Of a DNA stretch of 64,000 bases, positions 1-14,185 are shown in pieces. A program made the position numbers and the translations under genes. Numbering within the stretch: the stretch's first letter is position 1; every line of letters starts with the position of its first letter. The notes under the pieces were generated by a model that was not told where the DNA came from, did not search any database, and was given only the letters and a program-made list of their open reading frames with translations. The DNA is from Chrysomallon squamiferum (taxonomy: Eukaryota; Animalia; Mollusca), in NCBI GenBank assembly GCA_012295275.1, contig CM022665.1:10974001-11038000 (forward strand), in the 5' to 3' direction.

Positions 1-96
1 AAATGTGTGTTTGTTTGTGTGTGTGTGTGTGTGTAATTACATATATAGTGTGTATAAATGTCTCTGTGTGTGTGTGTGTGTGTATAATGAACACTG

Positions 97-262
97 TGTA
101 ATGACAACAAGCTGTATCCAAGACAACATACTATATCCACTGTCAACATATTGTAGTATCTAATGTCAACATACTGTATCTAATAACAACATATTGTATG
201 TAATGTGTACATACTATTTATAATGTCAACATATTATATCTAATGACAACATTCTGTATATA
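97..262. repeat. Degenerate minisatellite, about 20-bp unit
   Basis: Repeated tgtatctaatg(a/t)caacata. Confidence 0.8.
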
Positions 263-2559
263 ATTATTAAATAATATTATCTAACAGCAACAAACATAAA
301 ATGTGTGTAAGAAATAATGAAAAGAACAAATGCTGACAACTGTTTAAAAAACTAAAAATTAAATTATACAGATAGCTATTTAACTTTTTATTATTATTTT
401 TTTTAATATAAAATTAATTTGAAAATTGAAAAAAAACAAAAAAAAAAACATGAGAAAAAGAAAGAAAAAAAACAAACAATTTCTCTATGTGTATGTATAT
501 ATATTTATCCTGAAATCACTACATGCAGAGGCAAGATAAGATGACTAGATAAATTTGGACACAGATAAAAAAAATCTTTAGGAACAGAACTGTTTTTACT
601 TCAATGAATTGCTTGTTTTATATATATATTTATTTATTGTTTAATTGCTGGTTTAGAACTTAAAAGAGTAATTCGAAAACAGTTTCAAAACAAACAAAAA
701 ATAAAAAAATAAATAAATTGTTGTTATTCAAGAACTATTTTGTTTTGACATATAGAGACAATGAAATCACTATGCACCGAGAGTGATGAGTTCAGAAATA
801 AAACAGTTAATTTCATTTAATTTTTTTTTTTTTTTTTCATTTAACTGGTTACTGACTTAAGATATCAAGTATATCCTGCTCAGGTTGAATGGCAGTGCTT
901 TTCCTGAATCATATCATTTCTACCTTTGCAGGATACAGATATAGATATAGATATATAACTAACTCTTACACACTAACCATCTTTCTTTTTACAACAAACT
1001 AAAAAATTTAACATTACAAATATCTTTCATGTAACCTTTCTTTAAAGACCACATAATAAATATGATACATTTAATTATTATTTTTTTTTTTTACAACCAG
1101 CGGGTGGGAGATATGACTTAAAAGTTTTCTTGATTTATGAAACAGGTAATCTTATCTGACTATTACTGTTAGGGTATATATCTTTAACTGTAGAAAGGAA
1201 CATGTCTGCTCTTATTTCCGTTAGTACTAAATGACTGTGCGGTCTGGCTGGTAGACCCAGACACAAATAGAACTAGACTACCATCCTACAGTAACCATCA
1301 GTCAGACACTTGGGCCATCAATCAAAGAACACGTAACAAGTGGTAGTACTTTCCATACCACTCATCTTGCTTTGTGTTCTGTAGTTTACCTTGCTTATTT
1401 CCTTTGGGGGATATGGGATGTTTTTGAAGTGTGGTTTTAGTAATAACATTTATAAAGATTTTATTGTAACAATAATAATAATAATAAAAACACAGTTTGA
1501 ATATATTTGGATCACAAATGTGGTTTAAGTGAAAATAAAAAGATTCCAATGTAATAATTTGAAAATATTTTGTAATAACAAAAAATTCCATTGTAATAAT
1601 TTGATATAGGTTTTTTTTTTTTGTTTAAATGATTTTTTTTAATATAAAAGGATTATATTGTTATAATAAAATGAAAAAAAAAATGGGAATGATAATAAAA
1701 ACCTCAATAATTTGAACATATATAATCTTTGGATTGTGAGTGTTTTAAAAACATTGTTTTACAAAAATAAAAAGATAATGTTTCAGCAATAATATCAAGA
1801 TTACATTGTTATATTTAAAAAATTAATAATAATAAAAAAAATCTGCAAAACAACAACTATAATACGAATATAGGAGGATCCAGGGCATTTTAAAATCTGG
1901 TTTTAATAAGAACAGAAAGATGATAATGTAATCATCTGAATGTATCTGGATCTTGGAAGGAAAATAAAAGGAAATAATAATCACAAAAGTGAACTTCTTT
2001 CTTGACTTTTTAAAAATTTTATATAAAATATAATAAATATAAACATAAAACTATACCTTAAAATTTTAACTTAGAAAACATTTAAACTAATATTATAGAT
2101 CTATAACACAAAAAATTTAAAAATTAACAAAGAAAATTGATACATAGATGCATAAAATAAACAATTCTAGAGGTATTTTTATGATTTGCGTACAGAAGAA
2201 TAATATCTTATATATAAAAGAAAAGAAATCTCTGTTGATATGATTTATCAAAAAGATGCCTGTGTTATTTAGTACTGTGGTATCAGTATGAGGTTACCTG
2301 ACAGGGCAATGTTACAGGTATGCTATCACTAGGACAGGTGTTGGTAAAAATCATTGTCTCTGTCAGTCAAACTTAAACTTAACCTGACCATCCACTAACT
2401 GTGTCCTCTTTGTACTAATTAAAAATACTGTGAACATTTAAACCAGCATCCATAATGAAATCATTCATAATATTGCTGTAAATAATTTGTTTTTATTCTC
2501 TTAAACGTTAATTCAGAAGAAAGAAATGTTTTATTTAATAAGTCAACACATTTTTAACA

Positions 2560-2890
2560 GACTGGTTTAGACAAACTGGTTTTGACTTCCTTGTTCTGAA
2601 TAGTGATTTTGTCATCTTGGTTCTGATATACTGGTTTTGACAGACCAGCTGATACAATCTGTTTTTGAAAGTTTGGTTACAATAAACTGTTTTTTATGTA
2701 GTGATTTTGACAAACTGGTTTTTATGTGGTGGTTTTGACAAACTGGTCTTTATGTAGTGATTTTGACAAACTGGTTTTATATAGTGGTTTTTACATAGTG
2801 GTTTTCACAAACTCGTTTTTAACACACTTGTTACAACAAATTGGTTTTGACACACTGGTTATGAAAAAGTGGTTTTGACAAAGTGATTCT
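2560..2890. repeat. Degenerate minisatellite next to the exon G donor
   Basis: Repeated (a/g)ctggttttgacaa and tagtggttttgacaaactggtttttatg. Confidence 0.85.
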
Positions 2891-2901
2891 GATGTACTCA
2901 C

Positions 2902-3027
2902 GATTACATTCTTTTCGGCCATCTCCTTCGTAACCATCCTTGCAGCGGCAGAAGTAACTTCCCTTTGTGTTCACACACTCCGCAGTGGCTAGACAGTCAT
3001 GCTCTCCCTCTAGACACTCATCAATTT
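2902..3027 (-). CDS. NELL: NELL exon G: calcium-binding EGF domain 3
   Basis: tgtttcag acceptor, gtgagt donor, 126 nt, phase 1-1. Encodes (E)IDECLEGEHDCLATAECVNTKGSYFCRCKDGYEGDGRKECN. Strand, phase and domain order fit exon F, but linkage across 52 kb is inferred. Confidence 0.85.
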
Positions 3028-6000
3028 CTGAAACAAATAAATAAAAATAATAGTACAACAACAATAATAATCATTTAATAATAAGAAGAAGAAGAAAAGC
3101 AACATCAACAACAACAGCAGTAGCAACAACAAGAACAGCACCAATGATAATAATAATAATAACAATAATTAAATTGTTTATAAAATCAAATGAATCAGTC
3201 TTCATCTGATATCCAGTTAGACAAATTTAAAATAATTTTAGGTTGATTTTTATTTTTTTTTTTTTTTTTTTATGCACTGGTGTATATTTTTTTTTTTTTT
3301 TTACTGTAGCACTTTAAACAAGCTTTGAAAAAGCAGACAAAAAAGATAAGTACTGATATTATTTGAAACAGGCTTCCACCATATTACAAATAATCAGAAA
3401 ATACAGTAGATGGGGAATTAGTAAAATGGCTAAGTATTGCATTATCTTTACACTTGATGACACTCAGAATATATACAGACACAAACATGCATTTACATAA
3501 AAATACACACACAGAAAAGTGGTATGGCTGATACAGACATTCATTTACATAAAGACACACCACAGAAAATCCCACATACAGACACAACCACCACACACAC
3601 ATACAGACACACACCAAACTCTTAACACGTAAGCATATAATCTTTTGTTCAAAAATATGCACATTCTCTATCTCTCTCTCTCACACACACACACATTTAC
3701 ACATGCATGTACACATAGTGCACGAACACACATATATATTTATGCTCATGCAAACATTCACTCATCCGCGCAGACATGCATACAAACATATTACAGCAAA
3801 GAATCAGTTCAAGGTAAGACAATTTTATTTCTGTACTTTTCATCCTAGACTATTGGCATGCCTCTCTGTCTGCCAGAGTGCTGGAACAGTTGGACCAGTG
3901 CCACAAAGAAGGGTGGGGTGCTTCCATTTCTTCACCTCTCGCAATCGCAACAACAGTTTTGCCAAGCTGAACACACACAGATTTGACAAGAATGTCTTAT
4001 TTACAGCAGAGCAAATGTTACTAATAGTGTTCAGGAAGCTAAACCATAGATTATATAATAATGTGATATGTGATTTTATGTTTACACCCACAGATACTAA
4101 GTCTTTCTTTTTGATTATTTTGTTTTTCAAATGTAAAAAGACAAAGGGATATTATTATCTTTTTTGTTTGTATTTTCTTTTTTTTAATGGAAAGACAAAA
4201 GATCCATTAACCAGAAAAGTTTATTTCTGTAGAAACTTTGCATGAGAATAAAATATAAACAAAACTGATTACAAAAATAATTAGAAAATTACTAAATGCA
4301 TAAAATATTCTCAGTATTAAAATAAACACCAAATTATTAAAAACTTTCATTCAGTATATTACAGTTAAGGTACTTAACAATAACAAATTATTATTTCTGT
4401 TTTTTATCTAATTTACTCAGCTCTAGAGAAATGTTTTGATATCCAATTTATTTCCCAGCAGTTTTTTAGTTTCTGTACTGTTTTCAGTTTCTGACCTAAC
4501 ACTCTATCCAATTTCTGTACCCACATTATAATGCTATATTTCATTTCTTTATCAGTGGTATAATCTATTAATTTTAACTTTTCAAAAGTACAAATCATTG
4601 CTTATTTCTTATAATATGCATTTAGGCTTTAATTACTTGTCATGCATATCACAGAGTTTTAGCATATATATTGTTCCCCAAATCAATTTCCATCACTGAT
4701 TCTAAAACAAAAATTTAAAAAAAAAAATACACATTGTGATATATAAAACACCTTTCCTCCATATCAATTTATTATATTTATTTTGGAAATACATTCTTAT
4801 CAGAGATAAAAATATTTTAATAGGAGAGCCACAGTTTATGAAACTGATCAGTTGTTCAGTCTTAGTAAAGCAATAAATTGATCTTGTATGTAGAAATGAC
4901 TACTTATACACTGCCACCCTATTGTCAATTTTATTTTTTGTGCATTAGTGCAATGCATATGTCAGAACAGATATATTAACTGTTATATACATGTCAGGAT
5001 AATGAACAGTGATAACAGATTTACATTTAAATTTATATATACAGTCACTGGTAAGGATAAAATTCAGATGTTGTTAACTACTAAAGATTCATAATTACTG
5101 CTTTAATTTAAATATTATTTTCTCTTTATATTATATTTCAAAATCATAAATTTTTAAATACTGAACATAAACATATTTACAAGTTTACACACACACACAC
5201 ACATATTATTTTAAGTTTTTTTTTTATAGATCCTGAACATTAATATGTTCATTCTGAAACCCAATAACTGATTGCATGTTTTAGTGATTTGTCATTAAAT
5301 CAATAACTGATATATAATTTGTGCATGCATTAGTGGAGTTCTGATAAACCAATAATTGATATATATTTTTCTGCCATCATGTCATTTATAGCTTATTATA
5401 TCTTTTTGTTTCAGGATGAGCAATAAATGTCATAAAAGTCAATCTTCTCTCTCTCTCTCTCTTTATTTTTTTTATTTTTTTTTTTTTTTTTGCTGAAAGT
5501 TCAAGTGAATCACTGTGAAGTTCCACCTGTTCTCAAAATACCAGTTGCTGAAATGATGAGTCGCAATCAGAAAAAACTTCCTTGCCTCACCCCCGCAAGT
5601 AAAACAAGACTTCCGGGAAATCTGAAAACGGCAGTTACATCTCCCGCAATACAAACACAACCTGCCTGCCTTTGATTTCCACTTTTACATTCATCCTGTT
5701 TAGCTGATGTGTTAAATATCCCAGCATGACTTTACCTCTCTATCATAATCGACAATCTCATCTCTTACTTCTTTATTGATATACCTTCTATTTTTGAAAT
5801 ATCATGCTGCATGCAAATAAACAGAATGTATATGTATGAAATATTAATAGCGAACATTTGCAGGCCAGTACTGCAAGGGTTAAAATCTATTAGAAGTATC
5901 TTTAAAATGGTGGTAATTGTTAACATTTTTGATGTGTCTTCAATGTTACATAAGAAATAAATTATATGTATATTAAGTGAACATACTGGAATGTTAGCCT

Positions 6001-9000
6001 CTAATAGAATTCTCTTTAAAGATGACCAACATGGATGGAACTGTTAATATTTTTTTATCCTTAGTGTATCTATGGAGTGAGTGATATAAAAGTGAATATA
6101 TCTGACCAATCAAATAATCAAAATATTAAGAAACACTAATATATTAGACATAACATCTAAATAAATAAATTCTTAAATAATGTTTTAATGCTGGTTAATT
6201 CTTCTTTTAAGGATGAGTTTGTATATAATGTCTTTATCTTTGGACGTGTGTATGGGAATGTTCAATTGCTAGAAAGAGGAATATTGTACATTAGTTCCAA
6301 AATAAACAGTGAAATGATTTGTGATATATCTGGCCTTTCTTCTGTATCAGTGTATTATGTTTATTTTGGAAGAATTCTCAAGGAATCATTGAAAATAACT
6401 AGGCTATTATATTTTTGAATGTTAGAGACAAGAATATTTTAAATATTCTTGTATTAAAACATGGCAAAACTTAATTGGTAACATCTTTATACTCTGAATA
6501 ATATGTTTTACTACCTTGCATACAGTTTAATTTAAAAAATAAATATTTTGTTTGTCCTGTTCAGATCTCAGATTCAGATGCAAGATGAAAACCATGTTTA
6601 AAGTGCTTGCCTCAGACCCGGTAAGCTGCAAGATCAGTTCCCAGTGGTGTATCTTTTGGACTATTTCCAATTCTAACAATGTCTTCTGACTACTATATAC
6701 TGTAACCTTTCAGGGAATATCCATGGAAGAGATATTTTGTTGCTAATGGAAGAATATAGTGCATTTCCTTTGATATTTTACTATTAGAAATATTTTTACA
6801 AATTAATGTATTATAGAAGTATCATTAAATGAAACAAACCTATGTTTAAAAACATATATATATTTTGTACACATAACTGAAAGAGCAGCATTTAAAGGAC
6901 TTTTTCTCAGTTGATATTCATTTGATTCAACAAATAAGTAAAACAGAACATTTCATTATTTATAAACAAAATTTTAAAAATTTGCTGAAGTATTTAATGT
7001 TTTAAACAGTCCCTCATTTAAATATTTCATAATATATCTGATTCTGTTCACTTTTAAATTTGGTGAAAAATTCTGATATGCTTCAAGGTGTTTAGGTATC
7101 ACCCACATTTTTGCCTTTCAATTAAAAGCACCTCTGAATGAGTTGGACAGATTCCATTCATAAAATGTAACTTTTACTATTGCTCAAAATCATCTGTTAA
7201 TTCAAATATCATGTAACACATGAAAATCATAATGTCTTCTTCAAATGAAATACAAAGTCCAGAATAACTTTAGATTGGTTCAGCAACACTTAATTATAAT
7301 CTGAATTATGAGCTGGTTGATGGAGGGACTGAGAGAGATGGGATTTTTACAGTGCTGTTGTTAATAAGTGGAATGCTCTCCACACGGTCCTGTTGTGATC
7401 TTTCAGTTGCTTTGATTAAGTCAGACATTTCCTGAAGAACTGATGGACCAGAGACCCACTTCAAAAGGCTTGTTGAAAATTTCAACACCTCTGACGATTT
7501 TTATCAAGAAGATTTAAATATGTAAATATTTCTCCAACTGTCTGTCCATAGTTGAATGACATTAACAGATTGCAATGTGAAGTCATATGTTCCTCCTGTT
7601 GAATTTATACAGTGCTTCATCATTTTAAATTTATTTTCTTGTAAAATAATTAGTTATGAAACATTTTAATAAAATAGAAACTGACAAAATAAACAAATCA
7701 AAGAAAATATGTTAAACGCTACTAAATAATTATAAACAATAATTTAAAAAATAGAAATAAGAGCCAATTTTTTAATGCTATTTATGTAATTTTAAATGGA
7801 GAAAAATATAAATAAACCTCAAACAAATAAAATGAATAAAAATAAACAACAAACCCTCCACCTCTACCACTAAAATAATAAAAAACAAAGAATACAAAAA
7901 ATGCTCTTTGTTTTATCAATTTGATTTTTTTTTCTTAAATTTACATTTTCATTTAATATTGATTTAATATAACATACCTAAGCCTTTTTTTTGGAGGGGG
8001 GAAACTATCCCAGAGTTCAAATGGTCCAATCTGTTTATGGATAAGCCAAAGATGTTTTTTTTTGTTTTGTTTTTTCAGAGATGCTTTGTTACTTCAACAA
8101 CAATAGCATTGTTACACAAGCTGGTGTGATTTCCACAATGTAAAACAATTCAGCTGTCTCAACAAACACATTCTAAATGTACTCAGAGAAAATGAACCCA
8201 TTGCCCATTGCTCTTTGGCCAAGTGAAAATTAAATTTGTTCTCTCAACTGTTAGATTGCTAGTGTTGTCAATGTAAGAAATGCAAAAGGTTGTGGACAAG
8301 GCACAGCACTGGAATACCTTTAAACTGGGAGAGGTCAAGAGCTGGCACAGAGGATAAGATAATTGAAGTGTAACAAGTTCATACTATAAACAGCATACTA
8401 ATTGACACTGGCAATATTTTACTTTCAGCTCCAAGAGATGAGACTTCAACAAAATAACAACAACAACAATTTTTTTTTTTTTTAAATAAATTTAAAAATA
8501 AAAAGAAAGAAGAAATATATGTTTAGATTTTGACCTTTCAAAGTCTTTCTTTTACTATGGCAATATTAAAATCTTTATTGTCTCTGTGCCTGAAAAGATG
8601 ACATAAAGAGAACCACTAAAAGATGATGCTGTATAAAACCACCCATTTCCAGATAAAAGAAAAAACAGGCATGCCAATAGCAGGTAAAAATAGAATTCTT
8701 TGAAGTCCAAGAGAGTAACACAGATTGTACATTATCTAAGGACATATAACAATCAATTGAATAAAGATTTGCTGATTTATTACAGAAAGCATGCTGGCAT
8801 TATTGCAGGCAGGGTAACAATAGACTTGTAATAACTGTCTCGTAAAACTAGGACATTCCCAACAATGCCATAATGAACTATAAAACTGCTATATGCAGTG
8901 AGCAACACAGTAATAGCTTGCAGGGTCTCAGGAATTATTGCTGTTAATTCTAAAGCAGTGACAATAATGTGCAAAAACATAATCTGAAAATCACTATCAC

Positions 9001-10159
9001 AAATTGGCAATTAAGCTATTTAGATGATTTACTGCTGTATAGTAATCAATTATTCAGCCTCGTGTATTATTTCCATCATGTTTGCAATTAATTCTGTGTA
9101 ATGCTAATTTGGAGTCCACAGCTCAGCCGACTGCTTTGATGATTTACATCTTTGGTGACCATGGCTTGACTGACCTTAATATAACTGTTTAGATTTATTC
9201 TTTTCTTCTTCTTCTTATTTTTTTTAAAAACTATTATTATTGGTATTATCATTGTTGTTGCTGATATTATTATTTATTATTATATTCTTCTTATTATTAT
9301 TATTATTATTATTACCACTGTAAAAAAAAAAAACTTAGAGAGAAAAAAAAAAAAGCCCCACCCCTCAAAAAATAAACTCTAAAACTAAACAATAAATGAA
9401 ACAAAAAGATTATAAAATAAATTTAAAAAAAAACAAACATATTTAAGTACTTTTTAATAATAATTTAATTTAAAATTTAATATCTTAAATTTATAATTTT
9501 GTTCTAATTATATTTATAGTTGTAATGTTCATAGACCATTCAAAATACTGGCAACACTATAAATAAAATAATAACTATTATATCTAAAACTGTAGACTTT
9601 CAAAAACATTTTTCAATGATGTTGGCTTCTCATGAAATAAAAACTTTTGGCACGACTTCATACTTGCAGTAACAAAGAGACTTCCTGCTGCACTTAAAGC
9701 TCTGTATTGAACACTTATCTTATCCCTTATTAAATGCTCTAGTGATAAAATCCTCACTACATTTGCAGCTAATGAAGACAAATATAGAGAAGAAATTATA
9801 CATGACATAAGAATAAATTAAACCCTTCATCTAAGGTCTCGATGCTACTTTCCTGAAGAGCACCTCTAAGGCAACAAACAGGCTGTTGCTGAAAACATCT
9901 ATTTTTTTTTTTTTAAAAGAAGAAAACTAACTGATTGGATCTCATAGGTTGCTTTTTATTACACAACCTCGTTACCTGAGAGATAACATTTTACAAAGGT
10001 TAGCCAAAAAATTGTCAGGACAGACAGACAAGCTTAAAATATTTAATGGTGTTTTTTTGGTGTTTTTTTTTACAGGAACAAAGAAAGTGTGAGTGTACAA
10101 CACTTGTTATATATATTTTATATCAGTCTATTTTTTTTTGGTTATTTCTCTAACAAGAA

Positions 10160-10620
10160 GCTCTATGGGCTATGGCTCACAGGTTAAGGTGAGGAGCTGA
10201 AGCATAGCAGGTTATAAAATCAATGCTCTTGAGTGTTTTTATTTGGTTATTTTCCATTCTAACCAGTGTTCTGTGACATCAGTTATTTTCCTTTTAATGA
10301 CAGAGCTCTATGACATATGACATCAGTTGTCTTCTATTCCAGATTATGTTCTATAATATCGATTACGTTATTTTTCCATTCCTCATGGCTGGTGTATTTG
10401 AAGCAACCTTAGGTGGTTTCCGATCTGTGGGAAGCTACATATAAAAATATTGCTTACTGCTAAGTGATAAAGGTAATTGATTAGACGTTTTTTCTTTCTT
10501 ATCAGAATTATTCACGAGAAGTATGACTGGCACCTAATAGGTGCTGTTAAATGGATAGTTATTCATTCGTTCATTCATCAGCCCACATATCAATTCATTC
10601 ATTCATTCATCCATCCATCC
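10160..10620 (+). mobile_element. Decayed SINE-like copy in the opposite orientation with a (ttca/tcca)n tail
   Basis: tattttccattctaaccagtg...ctgtgggaag..catataaaa...tactgcta are the reverse complements of the family blocks. Confidence 0.5.
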
Positions 10621-11934
10621 ATACATACATTCATTCACAAATATGGAATCACTGAAATAATACAAAAAATAACTGATTAATAATGGTAATTTTTCTTGTA
10701 TTTCCTAAAATATCTGTTAGTTATTAGTTAATTCTGTGAAGAAGAAGAAGAAAAAAGAAAGCGTCAACTCAGTATTAATTGCCCTCTGCTGATATAATTG
10801 ACTGATAATAAACTTAATAAATGTATTACAGTGATGATCTTAAAATACTAGATCCTAATCCAGTGGTAGGGGTAGGTACCAGGTTAAGATACATTAATAT
10901 TAAATGAAATTTGTTAAATAACAATGAAGGAAGAACAAAATAATCAAAATAAAATTATTGTATTATGCTTTGATAAAATATTAAAAAATAAAAAAAATGT
11001 ATTAACTATTAGACTGAAAAACAGAAGCATATAACATAAAATAAGTTTTTAATTTATTAACATTTAACAAACATATTTTTAATATGTGTACTAAGATACA
11101 TGTATGAAATTAAAGACTATTTTTTTTAAAGAAATCATTTCAGTGTCACAGATATCACGATTATGTTATTTAAAATTTCTAAGCAATGAACTGGTATCAT
11201 CTTAAAGAAAGAATAATTTTTCATTTTGAATATTCTGACTTTATTTCTGAAGTGTCAGAAGGTATGAACTGCACCTTAGAATTATCATGTATCAAACAAG
11301 TACCGAGTGATCTTAACACATAGATGTTTTCTTACATGTTCATTGTTATCTCCAAGTATTACCGAGATGTCTTTAAGTACAAATGTTAAATAAAAACCTC
11401 TGCTAATGTTCAGGTATATATAAATATATATATATATATATTGTTCAGTGAAATCCATATTATCTGACATAAGGAAACTAAGAACTAACACAACTAAGGT
11501 GCAGTGAGATCCAAAGGTTTTTAGACTTGTTGATTTAGCTGATAATCATGAAACTTAATGTTTTAAGTGCTGCTGGATATTTCCCATTCATGGGTTTGTC
11601 AAAAGTTATGGTATATGCTTCCCTGACATCATAAAAGAAACCTTGCTGTTAAATCATAGCATCAAATAGCTGTTTGGCAGCATGGAATTTCATTTATCAT
11701 TATCTGTATGATTATTAATATGTATAAAATCTTCCTGTTAATGGAAAGACTTATGTAAAAAACTACCTTGATGTTAATGTGTAACAGTAGACTATGAAAT
11801 GATGTCAGCAGATTTCTTTCTTACAATGTTATAATATTAAAAAAATGTCCTAGTGACTTTATATAATGTTTAACATTCGTTTGTGGGGTTTTCATCATTT
11901 CTTTGAATTATAGTAAGTTGATATTAAAATATAC

Positions 11935-12770
11935 TGTCCATTAAATAACAATTTGCTACAGTATAGCTATTAAAGTGCAGGTTTTATAAGAACAAGAATA
12001 AAATAATTTAATTATTTAAGTATATATTTTTTCCATTAAATAACAAGTTGTTATTTTGTAAGTTTTATAAAAAGAAATAATTTAATTATTTAAAATGTTT
12101 GTTCAATAAATATATCTTGCCCATTAAATAACAACTTTTTATTATATAGGTTTTACAACAATAAGAATACCATCATTTAATTATTGTCACCTTTCTAATT
12201 TTATAGGCCTTAATATAAGGGTTTTGAAAACCCCAGAATGAATCATTTAATTACCAGACTTCATTAAATATATCTTCTCTACAACATAGGTCTTAAGGTT
12301 TTTAATAAAAACCAAATAAAATCATTTAATTATTTTAATACATTAAATACGTTTATGTCCATTAAATTATTATTTGTAGTTTCAAGATCTTAATGTATCA
12401 GTTTCATTTAATAAAAATTAAGGGAAATGAATGCAAACAAAGAAAAAATAAAAGTATTTTAAAAAAGTGGTGAATTCTTATTATCACTCATTAAAACATA
12501 AATACAGTTGAGGTCTTAATTATACAGGTTTATAAAAACAAGAATAAAAATAATTAATTAAGAAAATATTACTGACATTACTATCTATCTTTATGTAGAT
12601 ATTTATATACAGTATATGAAAAAACTATTTAAAAAAAGAAGAAAAAAACCCACTCACACAATAAATAATCACTGAAGTACGTATCATCACGGAGTATAAA
12701 AATATATTTTAATCTATTAAATAACTGTCTGCAGCCCTATAGGTTTTAATTTACAGGTTTTGTTACTACT
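11935..12770. repeat. Highly degenerate AT-rich tandem repeat, about 90-120 bp period
   Basis: Recurrent ccattaaataacaa...ggttttataa...atttaattatt blocks. Confidence 0.6.
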
Positions 12771-12796
12771 GTTCAGGCACTGTGTATAATTCCTCT

Positions 12797-12831
<35 letters not shown>

Positions 12832-13788
12832 TGCAGAAATCTCATTCTGATAAAAGTAACAGACCACAAATTGATGAAACGCTGGGCAAACTGCTACAAG
12901 CAAAAAGAAGAGAAACAGAGCAAATACTTTGTGTTACCAGACTAACCAAATAACTTTATTGATAGGGTATTGACCTGTCTGGTAGGGAAGGGGATATGGA
13001 GGAAGTCAGGGTGGTGGAAGAACAAACAAGGTGGGGAGGGGATGGTGGAAGAGATGAGAAGTGATTAATTTCCTTACTTTTTTTTTTTTTTTTTTTTTGA
13101 TTGCTTACTTATGTGCCTGTTAGAAATAACTGTCAATTGTTCTTTCACTTACCTGACAAGGAGGTATCCATTTTCAGTTTATGAGAAATTTCATACTAAA
13201 ATAGCAGCACTCACGTATGGGGAAGATAGCAAAGTAAAAGTGAGGGAGTAAAATTATAAACTGCTGCCACTAACATTAAAAAGTAACATTTTAACACAGT
13301 GTACTTAATGGTACAGCCAACTGTTTCAAAAAAAAAAAAAAAAAAAAAAAATTATAATAATAAAAATAAAAATGAAGGAATAACAATAAAAAATAATATT
13401 TTAATTTAATGACACATTCAATACATTTTCAATCAACAATCACTGATTTACTTTCCTTGGTCCAATAATTGGCAATGTTATGGCAAAGTTCTGGAGCAGT
13501 GTTTGGAATAGGAAATAGATCATAGGTTCCACTGAGAAGGACTAATTCAATATAATGGATTAATTGTACCATTACAACTGAAAATCAGTTAATGGGACAC
13601 TTGCTGGAACATGAAGTTATGTGTTCTATCACCTACAGGTATGAGGTCAACATAATACTATTAATTAATTGCACATCAAGAATTCGCTATTCAGAACTCT
13701 GTGGTGGTTGTTTGGGTTCAGAACACAGATGTTCAGGTAGCTGTAAACTAAATGAATTTTTCCTACAAAATGTAGCCCAATTGAACTC

Positions 13789-13821
<33 letters not shown>

Positions 13822-13982
13822 CTCCTGTTGCACAACTGAGACCATAGATCATGTAATCAACTCCGCCTGCATTTTTCAGTGCATTGCTTTGAACTTAACA
13901 CAGATGTTCCACACACAGTGCCAATGAACAAATGAGGCATTATGAGGAAAATTGAGTAACATTTCTACAGAATAATGTATGA

Positions 13983-14185
13983 GACCCAGCGCTCTCCTCC
14001 AGTGACAGTATGGTTCAACCTCTCACCTGCTTCTGAACCATTAGAGCCAGTGCTCTCCTCCTGGGGTAGGGGTATAGATGAAACAAAATGGTTCATCTGC
14101 TCATCTGTTTCCGAACCATTAGACCCAGTGCTCTCCTCTTAGTGTATGGATATGAAACAAAATGGTTCATTTTATCACCTGTTCA
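13983..14185. repeat. Three-copy tandem repeat, about 60-80 bp unit
   Basis: Repeated gacccagtgctctcctc...atggttca...acctg...gaaccatta. Confidence 0.85.

Noticed and set aside
2831-2901. Read-through after exon G (REYIRITLSKPLFHNQCVKTNLL)
   Set aside because: It follows a strong gtgagt donor, runs into a minisatellite and is not hydrophobic.
3814-3848. Plus-strand GTAAGA...CCTAG mini-intron within ORF 3703-4245, suggesting a nested antisense gene
   Set aside because: 35 nt is too short for a typical animal intron, and the flanking frames encode nothing recognisable.
5857-5870. Minus-strand 14-nt match to the 5' end of miR-193 (tactggcctgcaaa)
   Set aside because: The 3' part diverges and no pre-miRNA hairpin is visible.
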